DNA from: an uncultured Eubacteriales bacterium
Lineage (GTDB): Bacteria; Bacillota; Clostridia; Christensenellales; UBA1242
Reading direction: 5' to 3'
Length of the DNA stretch: 52,181 nucleotides
NCBI GenBank assembly: GCA_900557645.1
Contig: USSZ01000001.1
Coordinates: 1-52,181, forward strand
A program made the position numbers and the translations under genes. Position 1 is the stretch's first letter, and every line of letters begins with the position of its first letter. Of this stretch, positions 1 through 8,039 are shown piece by piece. The notes under the pieces are model-generated. The model saw only the letters and a list, made by a program, of their open reading frames with translations. It did no database searches and was not told the origin of the DNA.

Positions 1-106
1 ATTATTAAATATAATTATTTTATTAAAAAAATGCTTGAAAAAAAGTAAATAAAAAGGGGATAAATAAAAAACCTAAATAAATATTTAGACTTTAAAAAAA
101 TAAATT

Positions 107-298
107 TTAAAAGAATGAATTTATACTTTGTCCTGGACAAGTATTTTGATTGCAACAATTAAATCCATTATTATAATTGTTATTATTTAAAGCAAGAAGT
201 AGTAAAAGCAAAAAATTTGTATTTGTATTAAGGTTTGTGTCTGTTGCTTTTGTTATAACCGACAGAAGAAGTGCAAATAGAATTGCTTGATTGTTCAT
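107..298 (-). CDS. small hydrophobic, Asn-rich, Cys-containing peptide (63 aa), function unknown
   Basis: The ORF has GGGAGGA about 7 nt upstream of the ATG. A TTGACA-17-TAAATT promoter lies just upstream. The peptide has two hydrophobic segments (AILFALLLSVI, FLLLLLLAL) and a C-terminal CCNQNTCPGQ. Confidence 0.55.
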   Translation of the reverse strand: MNNQAILFALLLSVITKATDTNLNTNTNFLLLLLLALNNNNYNNGFNCCNQNTCPGQSINSFF

Positions 299-309
299 AA
301 TATCCTCCC

Positions 310-338
310 AATTTACATAATTCTTTACAATGTGTCAA
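310..338 (-). promoter_or_regulatory. sigmaA-type promoter for the 63-aa peptide gene
   Basis: On the minus strand TTGACA (333-338) is followed by a 17-nt spacer and TAAATT (310-315). The predicted start is just before the GGGAGG RBS. Confidence 0.4.
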
Positions 339-490
339 AATAAAACATATTATTATTTTGAATTTTTCTTCTGTGAATGTAACATTAAAAATGTAGAAAA
401 GATTAGATAGTTTTTGGCAAATTAATCTATAGGTATAAAACTGATGCTAATCATGGAAGACAAAGAGAATTCTTTGAAGTGTGCCAGCAC

Positions 491-515
491 AAATTTTGAA
501 TTGATTTCAAAATTG
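491..515. promoter_or_regulatory. inverted repeat, candidate ArsR/SmtB-type operator
   Basis: AATTTTGAA-N5-TTCAAAATT (492-500 / 506-514) lies about 60 nt upstream of the arsR-family start. ArsR-family operators are typically AT-rich imperfect palindromes. Confidence 0.3.
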
Positions 516-575
516 ACTTCCTACAAGTTTATTTATGAGGTCAAAACTTAAAGTGTTACTAAAATAGGAGGAATT

Positions 576-911
576 ATGCAAAATAAATTTTTATTATTAT
601 CAGAAAGAAATAGGAGAGATATATTGTCGGCTTTGCCACAAGAACAAGATATATCCAAACTTGCAGATTATTTTCAAAATTTTTCTGATTCGACAAGAAT
701 AAAAATATTGACGTGCTTGTCTATGATGAATATGTGTGTTAATGATATTTCAACTGTGCTTGGAATAAATCAAACAACAATATCGCATCAACTTAAACAG
801 TTAAAAGATCAGAATATCGTTTCTTATAAAAGAGATGGAAAAATTCTAGTATATTATTTAACAAATAACAATGTTAATGATATGATGATGTATGCAATAA
901 ATGCTTTTTAG
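576..911 (+). CDS. ArsR/SmtB-family transcriptional regulator (winged HTH)
   Basis: RBS AGGAGG. The motifs FSDSTRIKILTCL ... DISTVLGINQTTISHQLKQLKDQNIV are the typical ArsR HTH. Only one Cys is left of the CVC motif (MCVND), and there is no alpha5 His cluster. Confidence 0.85.
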   Translation: MQNKFLLLSERNRRDILSALPQEQDISKLADYFQNFSDSTRIKILTCLSMMNMCVNDISTVLGINQTTISHQLKQLKDQNIVSYKRDGKILVYYLTNNNVNDMMMYAINAF

Positions 912-993
912 TCTATATATTCCATATACAATATTAATAGTTTTTAATTTTTATATTTTTATTTTAATTAATCAAATGAGATTATTGATATAC

Positions 994-1022
994 TTGACAT
1001 TTGTTGCTGATAGTGTCATACT
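994..1022 (+). promoter_or_regulatory. sigmaA-type promoter inside the long ORF 901..1506
   Basis: TTGACA (994-999), a 17-nt spacer, then TGtCATACT (extended -10). This argues for the downstream ATG at 1042 as the true start. Confidence 0.4.
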
Positions 1023-1041
1023 AAAACAAATGGAGCAAAAA

Positions 1042-1506
1042 ATGAAAAGGATTATAGAAACTTTAAATAGTATGTCTTTTGATTTGCCAGAAGGCTATGC
1101 AGTTGCGAAGGATAAATATGATATTCAAAATGGTCAAGGTTTTATAAATAATGAAAATTATTTATCAAAAGACGGAAAAGTTATCTCTTTTTTTGAAATT
1201 CATAGAGATCCAGATGAATTTTTGGAATATTATACTTCACTTGCAGAAAAATATAACAGTGTAACAGATAGGTATGAACTTATTAATCAATTTTCTTTAA
1301 AAGTAAATGATTTTAATTTCCCTGTTTTTGTAATTAAGGGTTATAGAGAAAAATTAATGTATCTTGTTCAAGTATTTATTAATTGTGGGGATTGCATGGG
1401 TTGCTTTATGATTTATGTTGATAAATATGATAGTGATGTAAAAAAATTAATTAACATGAATCCATTAATGAAAGATCTAGTTAAAATTTTAAGGACTGTG
1501 GAGTAA
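1042..1506 (+). CDS. hypothetical protein (154 aa from MKRIIETL)
   Basis: GGAG lies 6 nt before the ATG at 1042, in frame with track ORF 901..1506. The upstream part is AT-rich promoter sequence. I recognise no motif. Confidence 0.55.
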   Translation: MKRIIETLNSMSFDLPEGYAVAKDKYDIQNGQGFINNENYLSKDGKVISFFEIHRDPDEFLEYYTSLAEKYNSVTDRYELINQFSLKVNDFNFPVFVIKGYREKLMYLVQVFINCGDCMGCFMIYVDKYDSDVKKLINMNPLMKDLVKILRTVE

Positions 1507-1508
1507 AA

Positions 1509-2045
1509 ATGAAACCTAAATTATTATTGCATAGTTGCTGTGGCCCTTGTAGCACCCAGGTAATAGATGTGCTTAAAAATGATTATGATATAACCATTTA
1601 TTACTATAATCCTAATATAGATACTGATGAAGAGTTTTATCACAGATATAATGAACAAAAAAGATACTGTAAGGAAGTTAATATTCCTGTTATAGATGAT
1701 GGTTATCAACCCAATGAATTTTATTCATCTGTAAAAGGACTTGAAGAAGAAAAAGAGGGTGGGGCAAGATGTCCAGTTTGTTTTAAACTTCGTTTAGTTA
1801 AGACAGCAAGAAAAGCCAAAGAACTTGGCTATGATATTTTTGGAACAACACTTACTGTTAGTCCACATAAAAATTCTGAAATAATTAATGCAATAGGACT
1901 TGCAGTGGCAGAAGAAGAACACATTGATTTTTTAGTTGGAAATTATAAAAAGAAAGACGGTTATAAGAAGAGTATTGAATTTTCAAAAAAATATAATTTA
2001 TATAGACAAAATTATTGTGGGTGTAAATTTTCAAAAAACAATTAG
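1509..2045 (+). CDS. queH: epoxyqueuosine reductase QueH (DUF208)
   Basis: N-terminal LLHSCCGPCS and C-terminal YCGC are the characteristic QueH Cys ligands. Size is about 178 aa. Confidence 0.85.
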   Translation: MKPKLLLHSCCGPCSTQVIDVLKNDYDITIYYYNPNIDTDEEFYHRYNEQKRYCKEVNIPVIDDGYQPNEFYSSVKGLEEEKEGGARCPVCFKLRLVKTARKAKELGYDIFGTTLTVSPHKNSEIINAIGLAVAEEEHIDFLVGNYKKKDGYKKSIEFSKKYNLYRQNYCGCKFSKNN

Positions 2046-2054
2046 GAGAAAACG

Positions 2055-2888
2055 TTGGAAAATAATAAAATATATTATGAATATTATAAAGATGAAAAAG
2101 AAGAAAGAATATCACAACGAATATTTTTTATATTTGTCTTTATCTTACTTCTTTTTTATGCAATATTATTTGTTACAAATATTGCTTTTCAACAAAATTA
2201 TAGATACATCACAATTAATGGAATGTCTATGCAACCAACGTTAAACCCTGATCCTGTTATTATAGATGGTAACGCAGTTCAAGATGGAGTTTATATAAAA
2301 TTAACGCAAGATGTTACTTATAATGATATAGTAATTATTGATAAAACAGAACCAGGAGCAACAAAACCAATGACTATTATTAAAAGGGCACTTGCTTTTG
2401 GTGGCGATAAAATAAGTATTACAAAAGTAAAGATTGAAGGACAAGCATTATCTAGTTATAGATTTATGAGAATTAAAGAAGGAACGACTCAAGTAGAAGT
2501 CCTTTATGAAGACTATATAAAAAGTTATGATTTATGGGATTTATTTAGTTCAGTAAATGATAATGGTATTGAATATGAGGAATATTTTTATCAACAATTT
2601 ATTGTTGGTCAATCTGTGCAAGAATATTATGTAGAAGGTGTAGGAATGGTTAAATTCTACGAAATACAGGAAGGACATTTGTTCTTTATGGGAGATAATA
2701 GAACAGGAAGCACTGACGCAAGAATGAGTGGAACAGAACCAACAACAAAAATAGTGGGAAGGGTTGTTTCAATAGTTCATAATTCTACAAGTTATCAAAA
2801 TAGCATATTTTGGTGGTTCGGTCGAGTTAAGGAATTTTTTGTCATAATATGGAATGAAATAATTGAATATTTTGCATGGCCATATTAA
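2055..2888 (+). CDS. lepB: signal peptidase I (S26 family), long form
   Basis: TTG start 6 nt after AGGAG, with an N-terminal TM segment. It has the S26 boxes GMSMQPTL, IIKRALAFGGDKISI and GDNRTGSTDAR. Confidence 0.8.
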   Translation: MENNKIYYEYYKDEKEERISQRIFFIFVFILLLFYAILFVTNIAFQQNYRYITINGMSMQPTLNPDPVIIDGNAVQDGVYIKLTQDVTYNDIVIIDKTEPGATKPMTIIKRALAFGGDKISITKVKIEGQALSSYRFMRIKEGTTQVEVLYEDYIKSYDLWDLFSSVNDNGIEYEEYFYQQFIVGQSVQEYYVEGVGMVKFYEIQEGHLFFMGDNRTGSTDARMSGTEPTTKIVGRVVSIVHNSTSYQNSIFWWFGRVKEFFVIIWNEIIEYFAWPY

Positions 2889-2961
2889 ATTAGTTGTAAT
2901 TTTAATGAAAATATGTTATTATAGACCTAGGTGAAAACCAAATAAAAGGAGAATATGATAG

Positions 2962-3237
2962 ATGAATAAACAACAATTTATCAAAGCATTTGCTGAAAAG
3001 GCTAACTTCACTCAAAAAGATGCAGGAATTGCTTTTGAAGCAATGGCAGCAACAATTGCTGAAACATTAAAAACTGGAGAAAAAATTCAAATTGCTGGTT
3101 TTGGAACATTTGAAATGAAGAAAAGAGCCGCTAGAGAAGGAATTAATCCTTTAACAAAAGAAAAGGTTACAATTCCTGCTTGCAGTGCCCCATCTTTTAA
3201 ATTTGGGAATAGTTTTAAAGACACAGTAAATAAATAA
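2962..3237 (+). CDS. hup: DNA-binding protein HU
   Basis: 91 aa. The motifs MNKQQFIKAFAEK ... GFGTFEMKKRAAREGINPLTKE ... are the canonical HU/IHF fold signature. Confidence 0.92.
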   Translation: MNKQQFIKAFAEKANFTQKDAGIAFEAMAATIAETLKTGEKIQIAGFGTFEMKKRAAREGINPLTKEKVTIPACSAPSFKFGNSFKDTVNK

Positions 3238-3266
3238 AAAAAGCCAGTTTTAAAACTGGCTTTTTC
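3238..3266 (+). terminator. rho-independent terminator after hup
   Basis: AGCCAGTTTT/AAAACTGGCT perfect palindrome followed by TTTTT. Confidence 0.8.
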
Positions 3267-3415
3267 ATGAATTAACTAAAAATATATGATGATATTTTAA
3301 TAAGTTTACCTAATATGTATGTTTTTATCATCTATTTAATAGTCATTCGTGTTAAACATTACTTGCTAGGTTTTATGATAACTTATTAAAGTTATAAAAA
3401 ATGATAAATTGAATG

Positions 3416-3444
3416 TTGAAAGTTTATTAAATATATGCTATACT
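3416..3444 (+). promoter_or_regulatory. sigmaA-type promoter
   Basis: TTGAAA-17-TATACT. This places the true start of the following ORF at ATG 3463 (RBS AGAAGAGG). Confidence 0.4.
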
Positions 3445-3462
3445 CAAAAAGAAGAGGTTAAG

Positions 3463-4131
3463 ATGTATAAATTTAAAGATGAACTAGATATGTTTTATTA
3501 TATAAAACCCTTTTCTTTAGGGACTTATAATTGTGATAATTCTAGTCGTGCAGAGAAAATTTTAAAAGAAGGAATAAATCTTATAAAACATTATAATCTT
3601 GAATTATTTATTACTCCAATGGGTGATTATAAAGATTTATCTCGCCATGAATTTAAGAAAATGTTCAATAGTGGTTATGTTGTGCTTATCGCAGTGCCAA
3701 AAGAAATAGGATTTCAAAAAGATGAAAATTTTCAAGATGGAGAAAGCAAGGTTGATAGTGAATTTTCTGCTTTGTTTGAATTAGGTTATGATGGAATAGT
3801 GTCTGCCAATATGAAGGAATATAAAAAAGCATTAGATATTTTTAAAAATAAAAATAGAACTGGAAAAATTCCAACACAATATATTTTAGGTTATGTTGAT
3901 GTTGAAAATGATGAGTTTTTTGTTAATGGAAATTCTATATATGCTACACTAGATAAAGATAAAATTGAAGAATTTATAAAACCACAATTAGAATTTTTAA
4001 ATAAGGAAATGAGAAGTGGTGATTATATAATGCATGAGCCAATAAAATATTTGACTTTATCTTTAAAAAATGTTGCATGGAAAGATGAAGAAAATAATTC
4101 TGAAGATGATGATGGGTTTGAGAATGAATAA
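3463..4131 (+). CDS. hypothetical protein with acidic C-terminal tail
   Basis: The ORF is in frame with track ORF 3409..4131. The promoter lies inside the longer version. No motif recognised. The C-terminus is EENNSEDDDGFENE. Confidence 0.55.
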   Translation: MYKFKDELDMFYYIKPFSLGTYNCDNSSRAEKILKEGINLIKHYNLELFITPMGDYKDLSRHEFKKMFNSGYVVLIAVPKEIGFQKDENFQDGESKVDSEFSALFELGYDGIVSANMKEYKKALDIFKNKNRTGKIPTQYILGYVDVENDEFFVNGNSIYATLDKDKIEEFIKPQLEFLNKEMRSGDYIMHEPIKYLTLSLKNVAWKDEENNSEDDDGFENE

Positions 4132-4160
4132 AAAAGACTTTTTAAAAGTCTTTTTTTTAT
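4132..4160. terminator. rho-independent terminator
   Basis: AAAGACTTTT/AAAAGTCTTT palindrome followed by a T-run. Confidence 0.7.
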
Positions 4161-4215
4161 TGAAGTTTTAATTTTAAAATTAATAAAATTAAAGCAAAAA
4201 AATATATGAGTTATT

Positions 4216-4809
4216 TTATTTATTTATATTATTTAGATCAAATTTTACATATCCTTTTGGATAACTGCATAAAGGACAATAATCCCAAGCCTGTTTGCTT
4301 TCTTCAGTGTAACCACAATTTGAGCATTCCCAAATGATTTTTTCATTTGATTTATAAATTGATTTATTGTCAAACATGATGGCAAGTTTGTTTAATTTTT
4401 TTGAATTATTTATATTTGAGATAGCAATTAATTTAAAAATTTTTTCAATTTTTTCATATCCTTCATCTTTTGCAATTTTTGCAAAATGAGTATATATGTT
4501 TTTGGCCTCATATTCTTCTATTTCTGCAGAATCTTTTAAACTTGAATTTAATTTTTGTGATTCAAAAGGATATCCTGCTTCAATGTTTATATTTTCCTTT
4601 TGTTGTGAAAGTTCTTTCAGCATGGCATCATAAATTATTGATGCGTGAGCCATTTTATTTTTCGCTATTTCTTTAATTTGTAATGATATAAAAAACATAT
4701 TTTCTTTCTCTGCTGATTTAGCAATAAATTGAAGTCTTGCACCATCTTGACATACTCCAGCAAATGTTCTAGCCAAACATTCTTTAGTTTTACTCTCTTT
4801 AAAATTCAT
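4216..4809 (-). CDS. rubrerythrin-like protein with degenerate di-iron site and intact C-terminal rubredoxin-type CxxC...CxxC
   Basis: GGAG lies 7 nt before the ATG at 4809. TFAGVCQDGAR aligns to rubrerythrin AFAGESQARNR. The C-terminal WECSNCGY...CPLCSYPK is the rubredoxin-like domain. Confidence 0.7.
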   Translation of the reverse strand: MNFKESKTKECLARTFAGVCQDGARLQFIAKSAEKENMFFISLQIKEIAKNKMAHASIIYDAMLKELSQQKENINIEAGYPFESQKLNSSLKDSAEIEEYEAKNIYTHFAKIAKDEGYEKIEKIFKLIAISNINNSKKLNKLAIMFDNKSIYKSNEKIIWECSNCGYTEESKQAWDYCPLCSYPKGYVKFDLNNINK

Positions 4810-4924
4810 AAAATACTCCTTTTCACCTTTTTTATTATTCCTAATAAAAAAGATATTAAACATTTGATTTTTTGTTTAAAAAAATGTAATATTAAATTAA
4901 AGAAATAAAAGGTAGGGTGGAAGT

Positions 4925-5668
4925 TTGAAAGTAAATAATAAATTGGAACTTGAAAATGTTCAAAGATACCATTATGTTTTAATAGGCTTTTCTGATTTTA
5001 AAAAAGTGTTAAAAAAATTAACAGACTTATTAAAGTTTTATAGAATTGAATATCAGGGTAAGGTTTCTGGTAAAGAAGTTATTTATGATGTGCCAAATAA
5101 CTTATTGTCTGATTCAGGAATAGTATTATCAAAACAATATGAAGACGGAAAGATAATGCTTAAGGTTCGAAAAATAAGTCAACTTCCAGGCGAAATGAAA
5201 CGTCCAAGCAAAAAGTTTATGCTTGGAGAACTTGAAACTGATGCAGAACCAAGAGATTTTTCTTTGCAGATATCATCAGCGATAGAAAACTCCTTTGCAG
5301 CAACATTTACAGTTGACCTAGATTCTTTTGTTAAACAAACAGTTCCAAAGATACAAATAGATGTAAATTCTCAAAAATATCTTATAATAGGTGGAACAGG
5401 TTATAGGGCAATTATGCTTTATGAAACAGCAATCTATAAAGATATTAAAACAGGTAAAAAAGTTAGTCGTGATGGTATAACATTACAATTAAATAATGAT
5501 GAGGAAAGTCAAGAAGAAAATGCAAAAATTCTTGATTTGATTGACAGAGAAATAAAAGAACTTGCACTTTATAATGTATCAAGATTTGAAATCGCACAAA
5601 AACTTTTGTATCCAAAACCAATAGAACCAGATGAAGAAGATCGATTTACTGACGAAGAGGAAGAGTGA
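4925..5668 (+). CDS. CYTH-like (triphosphate tunnel) domain protein, degenerate, acidic tail
   Basis: TTG start. YDVPNNLLSDSGIVLSKQ...IMLKVRK resembles CYTH Y-D-T-P-D..L...G..LR.R, and the C-terminal SRFEIAQKLL resembles CYTH SKyeRal. The N-terminal ExExK is degenerate (LELEN). Confidence 0.4.
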   Translation: MKVNNKLELENVQRYHYVLIGFSDFKKVLKKLTDLLKFYRIEYQGKVSGKEVIYDVPNNLLSDSGIVLSKQYEDGKIMLKVRKISQLPGEMKRPSKKFMLGELETDAEPRDFSLQISSAIENSFAATFTVDLDSFVKQTVPKIQIDVNSQKYLIIGGTGYRAIMLYETAIYKDIKTGKKVSRDGITLQLNNDEESQEENAKILDLIDREIKELALYNVSRFEIAQKLLYPKPIEPDEEDRFTDEEEE

Positions 5669-5681
5669 AATAAAATTAATT

Positions 5682-5711
5682 AAAAAGGCTATAAAGATAT
5701 AGTCTTTTTTA
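5682..5711 (+). terminator. rho-independent terminator
   Basis: GGCTATA-AAGA-TATAGTC stem-loop followed by TTTTTT. Confidence 0.65.
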
Positions 5712-5782
5712 TTTATTAATGAAATTAAAAAATGCTTTTTAATTAATGCGTTTGTTGATAAATCAAAGCATATAAATAAGAC

Positions 5783-7249
5783 TTGTCTCATAAATATAAC
5801 GTAGTGAAGACAAATTTAACATTTAAAAACAAATTTTGCTATGGTATAGGTGGGCTTGGATATAGTTCAATGTCACAAACATTGAACAGTTTTATTATGT
5901 TTTTTGCAACTGCAGTAATGGGAATTTCTGGTTCATTAGTTGGAATAGCAATAGCAATTTCGTCATTATGGGACGGAGTAAGTGATCCTTTGGTAGGTTA
6001 TCTTTCAGACAATACAAAGAATAAATTTTTTGGCAAACGTTTAGGTTTTATGTTCTTTGGTATTTTTGTAATTGCATTTTTAAATATTTGCATTTGGTCA
6101 ATGCCTGCAAGTATGCCAGAGATAGCAAAGTTTCTATGGCTTCTTATTGGAATGTTAGCAATTGAGACTGCAAATACTTGTTTTGGGACACCATATTCTG
6201 CTCTTGCGATAGATATTGCTCCTGATTATAACGAACAATCAAAAGTTCAGAGTTTTAAAACAGTTTTCAATATAATAGGAATGATTTTACCTAATATTTT
6301 GATGTATTTTTTTATGTCTTCGATATCACTTAGTATTCAAACACAATATACTCAAGAAGGCTATATAAAAATTGCATGTATAAACTCTGGTCTTTTAATA
6401 TTATTTGGACTTATTACAATTTTTTCTACTCTGCGATATGTAAGAAAAAACAATATTTATAGTTTAGACTCACCAAAGGAAAAATTTAATTTTACAAAGT
6501 TAATGACAGGTTATTTTAGTATTTTAAAGAAAAAGAATTTTCGTGTTGTTATATTAGGTTATTCATTTGCAACAATATCTTCGGCTTTTTTAACTTCGGT
6601 TGGAATGCATCTTTTCACTTATTGTTATCATTTTTCAAGCACGCAAATATCAATTGTGCTAATTTCCTTATTTGGTGGAGCAATTGCTTCTCAACCATTA
6701 TGGGTCTATTTATCGAAGAGAATTGAAAAGAAAAGAGCACTTATAATATCTCTTTCAACAATAGTTATAGGTATATTTTTAACAGTAATAACATTTTTAT
6801 TTAGAGATTTTGTAAGTTCACTTGTTATGTTTTATATTGCTATACCTTGCTTGGTTTTTTGTGGTATTGGTGCAGGGGCAATGTATTCCCTTCCTTTTTC
6901 AATGTATGCAGATGCAGTAACACTTGAAATATTTAAAACGGGTCAAAATAATGCAGGTTCATACACGGGATATTTTACTTTTACGTATAATCTTGCAAAT
7001 TCTATAGCACTTCTTATAATAGGATTTTTATTAGATATAATAAAATTTGATTCTACTCAACCTGTTCAAGCGATGTCAGTTCAAAACGGACTGGGTCTAA
7101 TAGTGTTTTTTGGTTGCACAATATTTCTTTCTCTTGCAATAATGGTATTTTCAAAATTTTCAATTAAAAGGTCAGATGTTTTAAAAGTTCAAATGGCATC
7201 ATTATCTGATGATAATAAAAAACAAAGAATTGTAAACAATAAAACTTAA
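5783..7249 (+). CDS. GPH-family (glycoside-pentoside-hexuronide:cation symporter, MFS) transporter
   Basis: About 12 TM segments. YGIGGLGYS...LWDGVSDPLVGYLSDNTKNKFFGKRLGFM matches the GPH D-x-x-D-P-x-x-G-x-x-S-D signature. The start codon is uncertain (TTG, no clear RBS). Confidence 0.75.
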   Translation: MSHKYNVVKTNLTFKNKFCYGIGGLGYSSMSQTLNSFIMFFATAVMGISGSLVGIAIAISSLWDGVSDPLVGYLSDNTKNKFFGKRLGFMFFGIFVIAFLNICIWSMPASMPEIAKFLWLLIGMLAIETANTCFGTPYSALAIDIAPDYNEQSKVQSFKTVFNIIGMILPNILMYFFMSSISLSIQTQYTQEGYIKIACINSGLLILFGLITIFSTLRYVRKNNIYSLDSPKEKFNFTKLMTGYFSILKKKNFRVVILGYSFATISSAFLTSVGMHLFTYCYHFSSTQISIVLISLFGGAIASQPLWVYLSKRIEKKRALIISLSTIVIGIFLTVITFLFRDFVSSLVMFYIAIPCLVFCGIGAGAMYSLPFSMYADAVTLEIFKTGQNNAGSYTGYFTFTYNLANSIALLIIGFLLDIIKFDSTQPVQAMSVQNGLGLIVFFGCTIFLSLAIMVFSKFSIKRSDVLKVQMASLSDDNKKQRIVNNKT

Positions 7250-7418
7250 TAATATTTTATAATGTTATTCTACCATTCAGAAATATAGTAGTTAGTATTT
7301 TGAAATTCATAATTTCATTTTTAATGGTTAATTTTGAAATAATTTCACAAAATATTATTATAAATATTTAGGTTTAAAATTTCGTTTATATTTTATAAAT
7401 AAATACAAAGAGGCACAT

Positions 7419-7910
7419 ATGAAAAAGATTATTATAATAATTTTTATTAGTTTAATTTCATTTGTATTAATTGGTTGTGGTAACCATACTTTAGAGTATT
7501 CTTCAGTGTATAGAGATGATTATAAGACTGGTGGTAATATTGATTTTGAATATCAACCATTATCTCGAACGATAATTTTTGGAGGCGAAGGACAAGTTAT
7601 TCAATATTATGATAAAAATATTGTTAAAGGCTGGACAGAAGAGGGAAATAGAGTAGGCTTTAAAATAATACCACCTAAAGGTCTTGATAATTATCAATCT
7701 GGATATGCGATAATTGATAACAAAAAGATATTAAGTGATGAGTTTTATAAATCAAATGAAGATAATCAAGATTATATTGCACAATTTTTCCCTATTGTGA
7801 GAGAAGATAAAAAAGAAGTTATCATAAAAATAATTTGGCAAGATGGAGTAGATGCACAAATATATCATTTAGTTATAAAAGAAGGAACAATTTTTGGACA
7901 GAAAGGATAA
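7419..7910 (+). CDS. lipoprotein, function unknown
   Basis: RBS AGAGG. It has a signal peptide with lipobox LIGC (SFVLIGCGN). Confidence 0.65.
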   Translation: MKKIIIIIFISLISFVLIGCGNHTLEYSSVYRDDYKTGGNIDFEYQPLSRTIIFGGEGQVIQYYDKNIVKGWTEEGNRVGFKIIPPKGLDNYQSGYAIIDNKKILSDEFYKSNEDNQDYIAQFFPIVREDKKEVIIKIIWQDGVDAQIYHLVIKEGTIFGQKG

Positions 7911-7929
7911 ATTAATTTTATCCTTTTTT
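7904..7929 (+). terminator. rho-independent terminator overlapping the stop codon
   Basis: AGGATAAA-TTAAT-TTTATCCT followed by TTTTT. Confidence 0.7.
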
Positions 7930-8039
7930 GTTTGTAAAGAATTAATTTTTATTTTTTATTTATTAATTTTGAGATATTGACATGAGATATTGACATTGCT
8001 GGCAAGATGAGTATAATATAAATTAAATAGGAGGGATTT

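Noticed and set aside
444-551. 35-codon plus-strand ORF (MLIMEDKENSLKCAS...) in the peptide/arsR intergenic region
   Set aside because: It has no Shine-Dalgarno sequence, overlaps the candidate operator, and has no recognisable features.
901-1041. N-terminal 47 codons of track ORF 901..1506
   Set aside because: This segment contains a good TTGACA-17-TGnCATACT promoter and has no RBS at 901. A GGAG-N6-ATG at 1042 is a far better start.
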